Under the pieces are notes generated by a model. The model saw nothing but the letters and a program-made list of their open reading frames with translations. It did no database searches and had not been told where the DNA came from. A stretch of DNA of 64,000 nucleotides from Candidatus Doudnabacteria bacterium (lineage in GTDB: Bacteria; Patescibacteriota; Doudnabacteria; UBA920; VMFF01), in assembly GCA_028286905.1 (NCBI GenBank), contig JAQBQP010000002.1, positions 383,430 through 447,429 of the forward strand, read 5' to 3'. Shown here in pieces: positions 41,762 to 51,093 of this stretch. The translations under genes were made by a program, and so were the position numbers. Within the stretch, counting starts at the first letter, position 1, and every line of letters begins with the position of its first letter.

Positions 41762-42202
41762 TTAGATACCAGAAACAGTTGGGTATTCGTAAAGACTTTT
41801 AGCTATTCCATCATAATACTTTTTAAAGTATTTATTATCCCGTTCGATGTCCCATTCTTTTAAGTACGTGAAAAAACCAAATTCTCCTTGCTCACAAAGT
41901 TCCTTTACAGCACTCAACATGTTTTCCAGTGTTACCTTTTCCAAAACAATCATTCCAGGAGCAGCCTCAAATGGGTGATGGATATCGGCGTTGCGTTTTA
42001 AGGATAGCTCTAAATTATTAATATCATAAAATGTAACCTGGTAACACTTACCGTTTTGAAGCTCTACCAAAACAAACTGAATCCAACCGTTCTCTTTTAC
42101 CTCAGCGGCCATTCTATCATCAAAACCGCCATAAAATTTTAATTTTGGCCAAACGTCATTTTGATTTAAGGTCAGAGGATGGGGTAAATTTAAGTCCTTC
42201 AT
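41762..42202 (-). CDS. Small protein downstream of RHS-2; candidate cognate immunity protein
   Basis: 146 aa whose start overlaps the 3' end of RHS-2 by about 47 nt, the overlap typical of toxin-immunity pairs. Confidence 0.55.
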   Translation of the reverse strand: MKDLNLPHPLTLNQNDVWPKLKFYGGFDDRMAAEVKENGWIQFVLVELQNGKCYQVTFYDINNLELSLKRNADIHHPFEAAPGMIVLEKVTLENMLSAVKELCEQGEFGFFTYLKEWDIERDNKYFKKYYDGIAKSLYEYPTVSGI

Positions 42203-45200
42203 ATGGTTTGGTTTGTATCTTATTTAATGATTCTTGAAACTGTTTTGGGGTAAGGTTTACTCCCTTTTTTGGAACTATTGAGCCATGCCCATTACTACCC
42301 TGTAGAATTTCCAGTTGATCAGGAATACTAATTATTTGATTTGCTCCTCCATATTTTACAACATTTGCATTAGCTGGATCAATATTTACTGAAGGGCCTT
42401 GTGTTCTTCCTACATATCCTGTCTTTGGATCAACTGTAAAGTCTGCGCCCGCCCTACCAGTGAGATCAAAACTTCCACCTCCGCGGTAAAAGCCACCTTC
42501 AACAGATACATTACCTTCAGGAATTGGAATGCCATCAACTGAAATCATATCACCCATAAATATAAACTGCGGTTGATATTTCTTTGTCTGCGCATATTGT
42601 TGAGGCTCATAAACAGGATCGGCTTGCAATATTTTGGGTTGTAATAATCCGATAACTATAAGTGTAATAAGATCGTCAATACCGAAAAATTTTCCTGTTG
42701 GGTCTGTATATTTTAGAGGATTATTTCGAGCATAGCTATAACTATTTAGAGCTTGAGGGTCTGTTAGAAACACTAGCCCATCTTTATCCGTGTCTTTCTT
42801 GATGAGGCTTGGAGAGCCTACTTCCAGAAAGGCAGGATCTTCACTTTGAAATCTCCCGGTTGCTTGATCATAATATCTTGCATCCATATAAGTAAGCCCA
42901 GTGTCGGCATCAAATTCATGTCCGGCAAACTTACGTTGTTCACTAAATGTGCCTGCTTTTTCGTCTAATCTGGATGTACCAAATGGGTAATAATCCAACA
43001 ACTCGTCTTGCGCTCCAACAGCATTAAGCACAATATTACTACCCGTTAAATTATCAGTAACGGTATTGCGAGCGACTGCTGTAGTCCCAGTTCCTGAAAT
43101 TGTCGCCACATCCATACCGTTTGCAAAAATGTGTTTAGTTATATTTGTGCCGTCCGTATTATATAACTTGGTTGGGTAAGCTACAACAGTTGAACCATTT
43201 ACGTATTTTGCTCTTTCTCCATTTGCATCATAGGCATAAGCTATGGTTGTAGATCCAGCAACAGTTTGAGTGAGACGATTATTATAGTCCCAAGTATTTG
43301 TATAGGATGTTCCTTTAGTTAAGACATTTCCATTTCTGTCGTAAGTGAGTCCGACAGAACCTATTGCAGTTACTGCATGAGGATTCGCATACAAGGTTCC
43401 TGTATTACCTGAGTACGCATATGTTCCGGTGATATCAGATTTGGTTAGTAAATTACCGATCGCATCATAAGTGTAAGTTTCTGAATGGTTGTTACTGTTT
43501 ACTGCACTTGTGGTAGTCATCGAGGCCAAGCGATACAAGTCGTCATAGCCATAAGCTACATTCTTCTTTGTGTTAGTCGTAGAATTATCTACAATTGCAG
43601 TTATATTTCCAACGTTATCATAGGTATAAGAAACATCTTGGAATTTAGGATTAAAGTTTACTGTTGCGGTTCTGGTTGTAGAACCTGAACTATTACTTGC
43701 AGTTAACGTATAAGTAGTTGTCGTTGTTGGGCTTACAGATGTGGAGCCATGCCCAAACATGCCCCCAACGCCATTATCAATACTAAAGGTTGTCGGCGTA
43801 CCTCCTGAGACCGTCCAAGTTAACGTCGAACTATGCCCTGAACTAATATTTGCGGGCGTTGCTTGAAAAGTATTAATTACTGGTGCGATACTTGTGTTTC
43901 CTATAATCCAAGAGTAAATAGTGCCCCACCAATTGGTGGCAAAGAGCGTTGCAGTATTGGGATCAAATAATAATGCGTAGACTGAATTTCCGAAACTGGA
44001 ACCTGGAAGACCGGTACTCATTTCTGACCAATTTGTACCGCCGTCAGTTGAAGTTTGCACCCTAGCACCATTGAATACCGAATATAAAGTTGTGTGGCTT
44101 TGTGGACTTATTATCATTCCATCATGGGCAACAAAACCATTTAGATCGGTAATTTTGGTCCAAGTGCTTCCCGAGTTAGTAGTTTTATAAAGATGATTTT
44201 GATTTGACCAGGAATCCACTGATGCCACATATATTGTACTAGTACTGGTAGGGTCTATTACTAATGCTGTCATCTTTGTGGTGGAGTTCAAAGTGTAGGT
44301 AAACACACGAGACCAAGAAGTTCCAGAGTTCGTCGTCTTGATCACTCCAGTATTTACTGAAGCATATAATGTACTTGGAGTCGTGGGGTCTATAACTAAG
44401 TCGTAGGGCAAGTCATTTGTGACACCGCTTGGATCATACACTTTAGACCAAGAAGTTCCAGAGTTCGTCGTCTTATAAATTCCAGTAGTATCGTTAACAA
44501 CGTAAACCGTTCCGGATGTTGCAGGATCAACTACCAAGTCAATATAATTTTGACAACTACTAATTGTCAGTCCACTATTTATTTCAGACCATGTTGTTCC
44601 CGCATCTGTAGATTTATAGACACTGCCATGCGCCCAGCATGAAGAGTCCCAATCTGTAGCGGCATATACTGTATTGTGATTCAGTGGATCCACAGCGATT
44701 GAATTTACTAACCAACTTGAGGTGGAAGTAATTTGTGTCCACGTTGTGCCGCTGTCCGTCGACTTATAAATTCCATTCCATGTGCCAGAATATTCTATTG
44801 TTGAATTAGTTGGATCCATCACCAAGGCTTTTGCAACTTGAGGAGAACCCGAAACCCCAGACCAGCTTGTAGAGATAGTATTGACTGCAGGTGTCGTTGG
44901 TGGAGTACCTGCTGATGAAGTAGGTGTTGTCAATTTATTACTTAACCGGTATAGATGGGCGGCATCATAAGTATTTGCTGTTATGATACCGTTCGCGTAA
45001 TCTGTTTCAGAAATTTGTCCAGTTGGAGAATAATCAAAGTTTGTGACAACGTCCGAATAACTTGAATCCGTAGATTCTTTTCTTTGAACTTGATTTAATA
45101 GACCCGCAGAATTATAAATATATTTTACCTGTGAACTATCAGGGTTGGTAATAATTAACTGGTTACCTTGTCTGTCATATGTGTAATCAGTTTCGTAGCT

Positions 45201-48200
45201 ATTTCCACCAATTACTTTTATCTCAGATTTTAATCCACCTAAGGGATTATACGTATTCGTTTGAGTCACTGCACTTGTTGTCGAAGAATAGAGATGACCT
45301 TTGCCGTCTGTCCCCGTGTCATACACGTAGGTGTTTTCTGTTCCGGTTGCTCCGGTGTAATCTTCAGTGAGTACTCTATTTATATTATCAAAGGTGTAAT
45401 TTGTAGTCTGACTTAAAGCGTCTACCTTCTGAGTTAAATTACCTGCGTCATCATAAACGTAAGCCCAGGTGCCATAAGTAGCATCGGCAGAAGCGTGAAG
45501 ATCTTGAGCAGTTAGATTTCTACCTAAACCATCGTAGGTAAAATTACGAACATTTCCAGAAGCATCGGTAATCTTTAATAGATCACCTAAGAAATCATAA
45601 ACATAATACGTACTATAGGTGCTACCGCTATTATGCTCATCGACCTGAATTAGGTTTCCATAAGCATTTTTATAGAAATCTTTGACTTTAGAATTTGCAT
45701 CATTTACAGTCAGTTTCCAGTCGTTATATGTGTTTGTGGTGGTACCTGCAGCATTTACAGAAGTTGTGATTCTATTCATTGGATCGTATGAGTAGACAGT
45801 ATAAAGTGCTGTGGTAATGGTTGGAGAAGTTTTAGTTGTTCCTATTGAGAAATATGGCAGAGATTCTTTATACAAGTTTCCCCTGCTGTCATATACATAA
45901 TCTTTTACCGAGAAATTACTGCCCTCTGCTTCTGTTCTTTCCTGTAATTTTCTACCTAGACCATCAAAATAGGTATAAACATCAACTGTTGTTGAAGAAT
46001 CTAGATAATTTGAAATCAAAGTCTTCACAGCACCAGAAGTATCTGTATAGATAGTAGTGTTTTTTGTAACCAACGTCGAAGGAGTAATTAAGTCCGGTTG
46101 ATCTTGTTCAACCAAACGATCTAGCCCATCATAAACGTTTTTAAACACTCTAGTATTAGGATCGGTTGTTTGTAAAACCTGTCCTGATGAATAATCATAC
46201 GTATTCGTTGTGACTTGAGAAAGTGGATTTGTTACCGTTGTTGGATACAGATGATAGGTATCATAAGAATACGATGTTGTTTTTCCTCTTGGGTCTGTAT
46301 CTACTGTAACGATTCCATAGGTACCATCATAAGTTTTTTGAGTATTAACAAATGTCGTACTCACTTTCCACATTTCGTGTTTAGTCTGATTTCCTTTTGT
46401 AACTGCTCCAAAAGATTGGGTATCATAATAATACTTATCCTCTTTTACTTTTGTAGCACTATGATCTGTTACAGAAATGTCATCGGGTAAACCAATAACA
46501 TTAGCTCCGTCTGTGGCATAGGTGTACGCGGTTGTAAAATCGTCAGTTCCAATATCAACGTAAGAACCATCGTCACTGCCAGTAACTTCACCTAGTTCAG
46601 TTTTCTGAGACACGTTTCCTGTTGAATTGTTATATAGGTAAGTTCTTGCAACATCTCGGTGTGTACTATCTCCGTCGTATGTTGAAGTGACAGTGCGGGT
46701 CACCCTTACAAATTTCTTTCCGCCTGTTAGATTGTAGCTATCCCATCTATTAATAACCTTTGAGAACAAACTGCCACTAGAATTAGCGACGGTCATGCGA
46801 TACATTTTTCCAATTTTCCAGTACTCATCGCTATACTCACCATGTGTGGAGTCACTTCCATTGCCTTGGTGAAAATATGAAGTCATTACATTTCCTGACG
46901 GATCTGTTTTAGTGATTACTCCAAAGCCTGCAAATTTACGGGTAGTAAAATCTCCACTGTCGAAATAAAAAGACCCTAAAGAATTCGAATATGTGTCGGT
47001 ACCGGTTGTTCCTAAACCATCGTTAGAAGTAACTTGATAAACTGTTTGGATTACATAAGGAAGTTTTGGGTTCAATCCGTTATAGCCAGACAGTGCTGAA
47101 GACTTGTAAGTAAACGTACTAGACCCACCAAAAGGAAAAGTTGTACTAGATAGTAGGTCTGTTGCTGCACTGTTGTTTATATAAATAGAAGTATACCCAT
47201 CCGTAATATCTGCCATCCCATCCCCATTCAAGTCTAAAATATCCGCGCTTGAACCATACCCGTTTGTAAAAGAGAATGTTCCAGGAGTATTCCAGCTAGT
47301 AGTATTCGAGGTCCAACCGTTACCAGTATTCAAATATGTTGTTCTATAAATTGCTCCGTACCAATTTATAGATTGGATCAAATCTGGTAAACCATCCCCG
47401 TTGACGTCCGCAAATCTAACCCCCAGATCTGAAGGATAGTACCCACTCAGATAAGAAGTTGTTAGTGCGGGTGTATAATCGGTGCTTGAAGTCCAGGTTC
47501 CTTTACCATCACCTAGATATGCGCTTGTATTAAACGTTGTACCTGTCCAAGCCAATCTTATAATGTCTTCCAAGCCATCACCGTTTAAATCTAAGAATGT
47601 AGCGTTATCGCCGCTTATAACAGGGAAAGTCCAGCTAGAACCCACGTCGCTGGTCCATCCAGAACCTGTGTTTAAATAAACATGTGCTGCGATTGAACCT
47701 CCCGAAATTGTATTTGATTGAAATATATCTGGAAGACCGTCTCCGTTTAAATCCACTATTCTCGTGCCAAAATCTGACCATAAATACGTAAAATTAATTG
47801 GAGAAGTCCAAGCCGTAGTTACTGTCCACCCACTGCCATTATTTATGTATGTGGCAGCTGTAATCGTACCAGAACTGTCTTTGTTCGAATATATTAAATC
47901 AGCCAAGCCATCGCCGTTTACATCAATAGCGTGAACATTAAAATCAATGTTACTTCCGGCATTAAATGATTTAAACGGGGTAGGAGCGTTGTATGCGGAA
48001 GACGCCGTCCAAGTGCCACTACTATTATTTAAATATGTAGCACGATAGTCAGTTCCGTTTGAAGCGGTGAAAGAAGTGATAATATCAGGCAAACCATCAC
48101 CATTTATGTCTGCAAATAAAGATCTTCCATCGAACGAGGTGTCTGATGGAAAAGACCAACTAGAATTCTGTGTCCAACCAGACGAAGTTGTGGACGTGTA

Positions 48201-49424
48201 CGCATTTGTTGTTGCTGGTAATGTAACGGTTGAGGTGGTAATTTCATCTGTTCCCGCTTCTGTTATAGATGTCAGTATAGAACGTGTACCGTTATCCCCT
48301 GTTGAGTACGCAAAGGTGTACTTACGAGTTATAGTACCATTTGTTTTTATGTCTATTTCGTAGATTCGATAATTCGTAGTTGTGAGAAAACCGCCTTGAT
48401 AAGATTTGGTTACATCACCCCTGGTTTGACGAAGGAAATCTATTTCAAAAATACCGGTCGTTACACCATTCCCCGTATAAATTATTGTATTTGGATAAAT
48501 TTGTCCACTGTCTTTGTAATATGTGTAGGTAATGTAGTTGCTGTTTGTGTCTCTTACTTCATCTAGCATCCACTTAACCACTTTAGAAGAATCCCCCGGA
48601 TTATCCTGTCTTGAACCAGACGCTGTACCAAATTTATAAATAGTTCCTTTTTTATCTGTCACTGTCCATGCAGTTCCATCAAAATTGTATTTAAGGAAAT
48701 CTCCATTTTCTACAGTAGACGCGTAAGTAGTTCCAGAAACAAAAGATAAATCTCCAGAAAGACTGGAGTTAAAATAATTATCAGTAAATAGAGTGCTTAC
48801 ACCTTTTTTATTTACTCTGGAAATATAAGGAACAGTGGTTGTCCATCCATACCCAACGGGACTATCACCAGAAACAGATTGGCTATTGTAAGCAAGTTTT
48901 AAATCCGGTTGCATTCCGTTTCGGCCAGGTGGAATTGTGATCGGATAACTTGAAACCAATGCTCCTGTTGTTTGATCAGGTTGTGGAATTATTTGCTTAG
49001 TTACGGTAGGCTGTGGCAATCCGGTTGCTACATCCTGTTGGATTAGTGCACTTGATTGTGGCGCAACTTTGACCTTTGAAGACTTAGCCGTTGCTGACAA
49101 AGGGTCAGAGCTCAAAGAATCAGTGGTAGGGTCAAGACCAGCAACATCAGGACCTGCTACTGTTGGATCAGTCACAGGCGCGGGAACGGCAGCATTAGGA
49201 GTGTTTACTACAGGATCGGTAAGGGGCGCAGTTGGAGTATCCACCACTACAGGGGAGCTAAGAGCATTACTAGGAGTATCTGATACGGGCGCAGAAATAA
49301 CAGTATTAGAAGTATCTGCGAAAACAGGAGCTAAAGGAGCTATAACAAATAAAAAAGCTAACAGAAAAACTGTTAACCGAGTTACTAGACGCCTCTTAAA
49401 TAGAGTTGCCATTATTTTGTTCAA
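42156..49424 (-). CDS. Giant RHS/YD-repeat polymorphic toxin-like secreted protein (RHS-2) with an embedded BNR/Asp-box beta-propeller
   Basis: 2422 aa with a signal peptide near-identical to RHS-1 (LLAFLFV..PLAPVFAD), FG-GAP-like repeats, YD repeats, six SxDxGxTW Asp-box repeats and a Thr-rich Ig-like segment. The RHS core ends at DPTGKF, followed by a roughly 190 aa C-terminal tip unrelated to that of RHS-1. Confidence 0.9.
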   Translation of the reverse strand: MNKIMATLFKRRLVTRLTVFLLAFLFVIAPLAPVFADTSNTVISAPVSDTPSNALSSPVVVDTPTAPLTDPVVNTPNAAVPAPVTDPTVAGPDVAGLDPTTDSLSSDPLSATAKSSKVKVAPQSSALIQQDVATGLPQPTVTKQIIPQPDQTTGALVSSYPITIPPGRNGMQPDLKLAYNSQSVSGDSPVGYGWTTTVPYISRVNKKGVSTLFTDNYFNSSLSGDLSFVSGTTYASTVENGDFLKYNFDGTAWTVTDKKGTIYKFGTASGSRQDNPGDSSKVVKWMLDEVRDTNSNYITYTYYKDSGQIYPNTIIYTGNGVTTGIFEIDFLRQTRGDVTKSYQGGFLTTTNYRIYEIDIKTNGTITRKYTFAYSTGDNGTRSILTSITEAGTDEITTSTVTLPATTNAYTSTTSSGWTQNSSWSFPSDTSFDGRSLFADINGDGLPDIITSFTASNGTDYRATYLNNSSGTWTASSAYNAPTPFKSFNAGSNIDFNVHAIDVNGDGLADLIYSNKDSSGTITAATYINNGSGWTVTTAWTSPINFTYLWSDFGTRIVDLNGDGLPDIFQSNTISGGSIAAHVYLNTGSGWTSDVGSSWTFPVISGDNATFLDLNGDGLEDIIRLAWTGTTFNTSAYLGDGKGTWTSSTDYTPALTTSYLSGYYPSDLGVRFADVNGDGLPDLIQSINWYGAIYRTTYLNTGNGWTSNTTSWNTPGTFSFTNGYGSSADILDLNGDGMADITDGYTSIYINNSAATDLLSSTTFPFGGSSTFTYKSSALSGYNGLNPKLPYVIQTVYQVTSNDGLGTTGTDTYSNSLGSFYFDSGDFTTRKFAGFGVITKTDPSGNVMTSYFHQGNGSDSTHGEYSDEYWKIGKMYRMTVANSSGSLFSKVINRWDSYNLTGGKKFVRVTRTVTSTYDGDSTHRDVARTYLYNNSTGNVSQKTELGEVTGSDDGSYVDIGTDDFTTAYTYATDGANVIGLPDDISVTDHSATKVKEDKYYYDTQSFGAVTKGNQTKHEMWKVSTTFVNTQKTYDGTYGIVTVDTDPRGKTTSYSYDTYHLYPTTVTNPLSQVTTNTYDYSSGQVLQTTDPNTRVFKNVYDGLDRLVEQDQPDLITPSTLVTKNTTIYTDTSGAVKTLISNYLDSSTTVDVYTYFDGLGRKLQERTEAEGSNFSVKDYVYDSRGNLYKESLPYFSIGTTKTSPTITTALYTVYSYDPMNRITTSVNAAGTTTNTYNDWKLTVNDANSKVKDFYKNAYGNLIQVDEHNSGSTYSTYYVYDFLGDLLKITDASGNVRNFTYDGLGRNLTAQDLHASADATYGTWAYVYDDAGNLTQKVDALSQTTNYTFDNINRVLTEDYTGATGTENTYVYDTGTDGKGHLYSSTTSAVTQTNTYNPLGGLKSEIKVIGGNSYETDYTYDRQGNQLIITNPDSSQVKYIYNSAGLLNQVQRKESTDSSYSDVVTNFDYSPTGQISETDYANGIITANTYDAAHLYRLSNKLTTPTSSAGTPPTTPAVNTISTSWSGVSGSPQVAKALVMDPTNSTIEYSGTWNGIYKSTDSGTTWTQITSTSSWLVNSIAVDPLNHNTVYAATDWDSSCWAHGSVYKSTDAGTTWSEINSGLTISSCQNYIDLVVDPATSGTVYVVNDTTGIYKTTNSGTSWSKVYDPSGVTNDLPYDLVIDPTTPSTLYASVNTGVIKTTNSGTSWSRVFTYTLNSTTKMTALVIDPTSTSTIYVASVDSWSNQNHLYKTTNSGSTWTKITDLNGFVAHDGMIISPQSHTTLYSVFNGARVQTSTDGGTNWSEMSTGLPGSSFGNSVYALLFDPNTATLFATNWWGTIYSWIIGNTSIAPVINTFQATPANISSGHSSTLTWTVSGGTPTTFSIDNGVGGMFGHGSTSVSPTTTTTYTLTASNSSGSTTRTATVNFNPKFQDVSYTYDNVGNITAIVDNSTTNTKKNVAYGYDDLYRLASMTTTSAVNSNNHSETYTYDAIGNLLTKSDITGTYAYSGNTGTLYANPHAVTAIGSVGLTYDRNGNVLTKGTSYTNTWDYNNRLTQTVAGSTTIAYAYDANGERAKYVNGSTVVAYPTKLYNTDGTNITKHIFANGMDVATISGTGTTAVARNTVTDNLTGSNIVLNAVGAQDELLDYYPFGTSRLDEKAGTFSEQRKFAGHEFDADTGLTYMDARYYDQATGRFQSEDPAFLEVGSPSLIKKDTDKDGLVFLTDPQALNSYSYARNNPLKYTDPTGKFFGIDDLITLIVIGLLQPKILQADPVYEPQQYAQTKKYQPQFIFMGDMISVDGIPIPEGNVSVEGGFYRGGGSFDLTGRAGADFTVDPKTGYVGRTQGPSVNIDPANANVVKYGGANQIISIPDQLEILQGSNGHGSIVPKKGVNLTPKQFQESLNKIQTKPYEGLKFTPSSDLKSK

Positions 49425-49492
49425 TTAAGATTTAATCTATTTTCAATATATTCTTTATTTGAATTGCTTGTCAAATCGATGTAAGTATGGCT

Positions 49493-50020
49493 TTATAAAG
49501 GATTGTCTTTATTATATTGCTCATATTCAGCTTCGCTCATATCATTCTCCAGATTAGAAAAGAATCGAGAATCTGTGAGCAGATCCATTAGCAAACTATT
49601 GTATTTATTTTGCAACCATTCTGGAAGTTTGTCGATTAAGGTACGCATATCATCTTCACTAAAATAACTCTTCTGATTTTCATTTTTAAGTATCTTTGGA
49701 TCAAAGCCTTCAATATAGGCCATCCAGAATCTCTGACTTTTTGCATTCCCTTTTATAGCGGCGTTGTACATCGCCTGAAGCATAGCTGGCAGCCTATCCC
49801 TACCCCACTGTTTTAAAATTGCATCAACCTGAGGCTTAAAGTCCGCCCGATTCTTCCAGTGTGTTAGAGTATTCTGGTTTATGTTATAATGCTCCGCAAA
49901 TTCGCCTTGATCGCTTAGGTGAAGCCTTGCTCTTTCAAAAGGAGGAAGCGCTGACCAGCGAATGAACTCCCGGTAAACATCCACTTTATAAACCCCCTTC
50001 TTTTCTACATTTGTCTGCAT
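49493..50020 (-). CDS. HTH DNA-binding protein, phage small-terminase-like
   Basis: The likely start is the Met at 50020 (MQTNVEKKG...) inside ORF 49493-50224. It has an HTH-like segment EFAEHYNINQNTLTHWKN and a ...AIKGNAKSQRFWMAYIEGF motif reminiscent of TerS. Palindromic operators lie upstream. Confidence 0.5.
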   Translation of the reverse strand: MQTNVEKKGVYKVDVYREFIRWSALPPFERARLHLSDQGEFAEHYNINQNTLTHWKNRADFKPQVDAILKQWGRDRLPAMLQAMYNAAIKGNAKSQRFWMAYIEGFDPKILKNENQKSYFSEDDMRTLIDKLPEWLQNKYNSLLMDLLTDSRFFSNLENDMSEAEYEQYNKDNPL

Positions 50021-50113
50021 TTTGATTTCTGCTGATTGAGTCGATAATGTCTTTATTATGGGCCAAATGAGCAAAAAAGTTAAATCTTTTAGATGCAACT
50101 TGCAATAGGGATT

Positions 50114-50128
50114 GTGATTGGCAATCAC
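50114..50128. promoter_or_regulatory. Perfect 15 bp palindrome GTGATTGGCAATCAC (candidate operator) with additional TTCAAT/ATTGAA half-sites nearby
   Basis: Located in the 5' region of the HTH gene. The annotated 243 aa ORF probably over-extends through this regulatory region. Confidence 0.5.
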
Positions 50129-50271
50129 TGTTGCTTTCGCTTTCAATCCGCTTTGAATCACTATTGAAAATCCGCATAGAAAGCGACCTATCCGGGTCAT
50201 TTCCCTATTTGGAAATATCCCCAAATACCCCTTATAATCCGTCTATATTCCTGGGACTGGACCGGCCCCTC

Positions 50272-50309
50272 CAGCCAGACCAAACACGTTCCCCGCTGAC
50301 CTAGCGGGG
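50272..50309 (+). repeat. att-like direct repeat, copy 2
   Basis: CAGCCAGACCAAACACGTTCCCCGCTGACCTAGCGGGG, followed directly by the ATCGCC hairpin module. Confidence 0.8.
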
Positions 50310-50319
50310 TTAAAAAAAT

Positions 50320-50352
50320 AAAATCGCCGAAGAGGCGATTTTTTGTTATGCT
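50320..50352 (+). promoter_or_regulatory. Terminator hairpin / extended -10 module (AAAATCGCCGAAGAGGCGATTTTTTGTTATGCT)
   Basis: Conserved module also at 28067, 53328, 61523, and weaker at 51703, 52414 and 63878. Confidence 0.55.
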
Positions 50353-50409
50353 AGATATGTATTAATGTCAACTTTAAAACCTGCAGATCAGCGGCTCTTC
50401 TGAAAATGA

Positions 50410-50943
50410 ATGAACAATATGGATGTGCTTCAAATCTTAAATACAATTTTTACCGGTTTTACTGTAATAGTGGCTATTATTGCAGTTATTTTGGCGTTTA
50501 AAATAGGGCAAAAACAAAATGAAATAAATAACCGGCTCTTATCCCTTCAAGATTACGTTGCGATATCTTTTATCCCTGATTCCCGCAACGGTGTTATAAA
50601 ATTACTCAACACTGGAAAATCAAATTTGTATTTGTGGGGGTTTGATTGGAGTTTTAATTCCGCTAATAACAACTATCACTATGAAAAAGCAAGGCTCATA
50701 AGCGCAGGCACAAACGACTCTTCGTACTATTGGATTCCTCTTCCAAAAAATATTGATAAAATTTCTACCACAACCAATTTTGATATCAAACTTTATTTAG
50801 AAGATGACTATGGAAATAAATGGGTTTCGGAGGGGGGAGGTGAGGCAAATCCAATAAAAATTATGAGCGATGAAAAAGAAGTTCCCGCCGCTGCAATTAC
50901 CATATGGTCTTATAAAACTTATAAAGATAAGTGGTCATTTTAA
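50410..50943 (+). CDS. Hypothetical membrane-anchored protein (cassette 1)
   Basis: 177 aa with one N-terminal transmembrane helix; AT-rich. Confidence 0.55.
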   Translation: MNNMDVLQILNTIFTGFTVIVAIIAVILAFKIGQKQNEINNRLLSLQDYVAISFIPDSRNGVIKLLNTGKSNLYLWGFDWSFNSANNNYHYEKARLISAGTNDSSYYWIPLPKNIDKISTTTNFDIKLYLEDDYGNKWVSEGGGEANPIKIMSDEKEVPAAAITIWSYKTYKDKWSF

Positions 50944-50980
50944 AACGGTATGGCGGACAAGCTGCCTCACTCTAATCAAA

Positions 50981-51012
50981 GTTCCAACTTCGTCCCATGT
51001 CCGCGGCCAATT
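50981..51012 (+). repeat. Cassette-junction motif copy M1 (GTTCCAACTTCGTCCCATGTCCGCGGCCAATTGA)
   Basis: One of nine same-orientation copies of a roughly 33 bp intergenic motif. Confidence 0.75.
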
Positions 51013-51093
51013 GACAAATACCATTAAATATGGTATTTTTTTATATTCAAGTTAAATTGGAGGATAACCCTTTCATCACAATGGAGTTTCGAC

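Larger units (their letters stand above)
28022..50271. mobile_element. About 22 kb putative integrated genomic island at the tRNA-Gln 3' end
   Basis: Bounded by the 38-39 nt direct repeats at 27983-28021 and 50272-50309. The distal copy is preceded by a degenerate tRNA 3'-end-like sequence (ACCGGCCCCTCCAGCCA). Contents: a methyltransferase-GHKL pair, a serine recombinase, HEPN-like genes, two RHS toxin loci and an HTH protein. No tyrosine integrase is seen. Confidence 0.6.

Noticed and set aside
35402-48363. Short + strand ORFs inside the two RHS genes (for example 35402-35605, 37385-37588, 43485-43688, 46215-46490, 48067-48363)
   Set aside because: They lie antisense within continuous 6.4 and 7.3 kb minus-strand reading frames that carry coherent RHS domain architecture.
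49493-50224. Full 243 aa ORF for the HTH gene
   Set aside because: The N-terminal 68 codons overlap palindromic operator-like sequence and have poor coding character; the Met at 50020 was chosen as the start.
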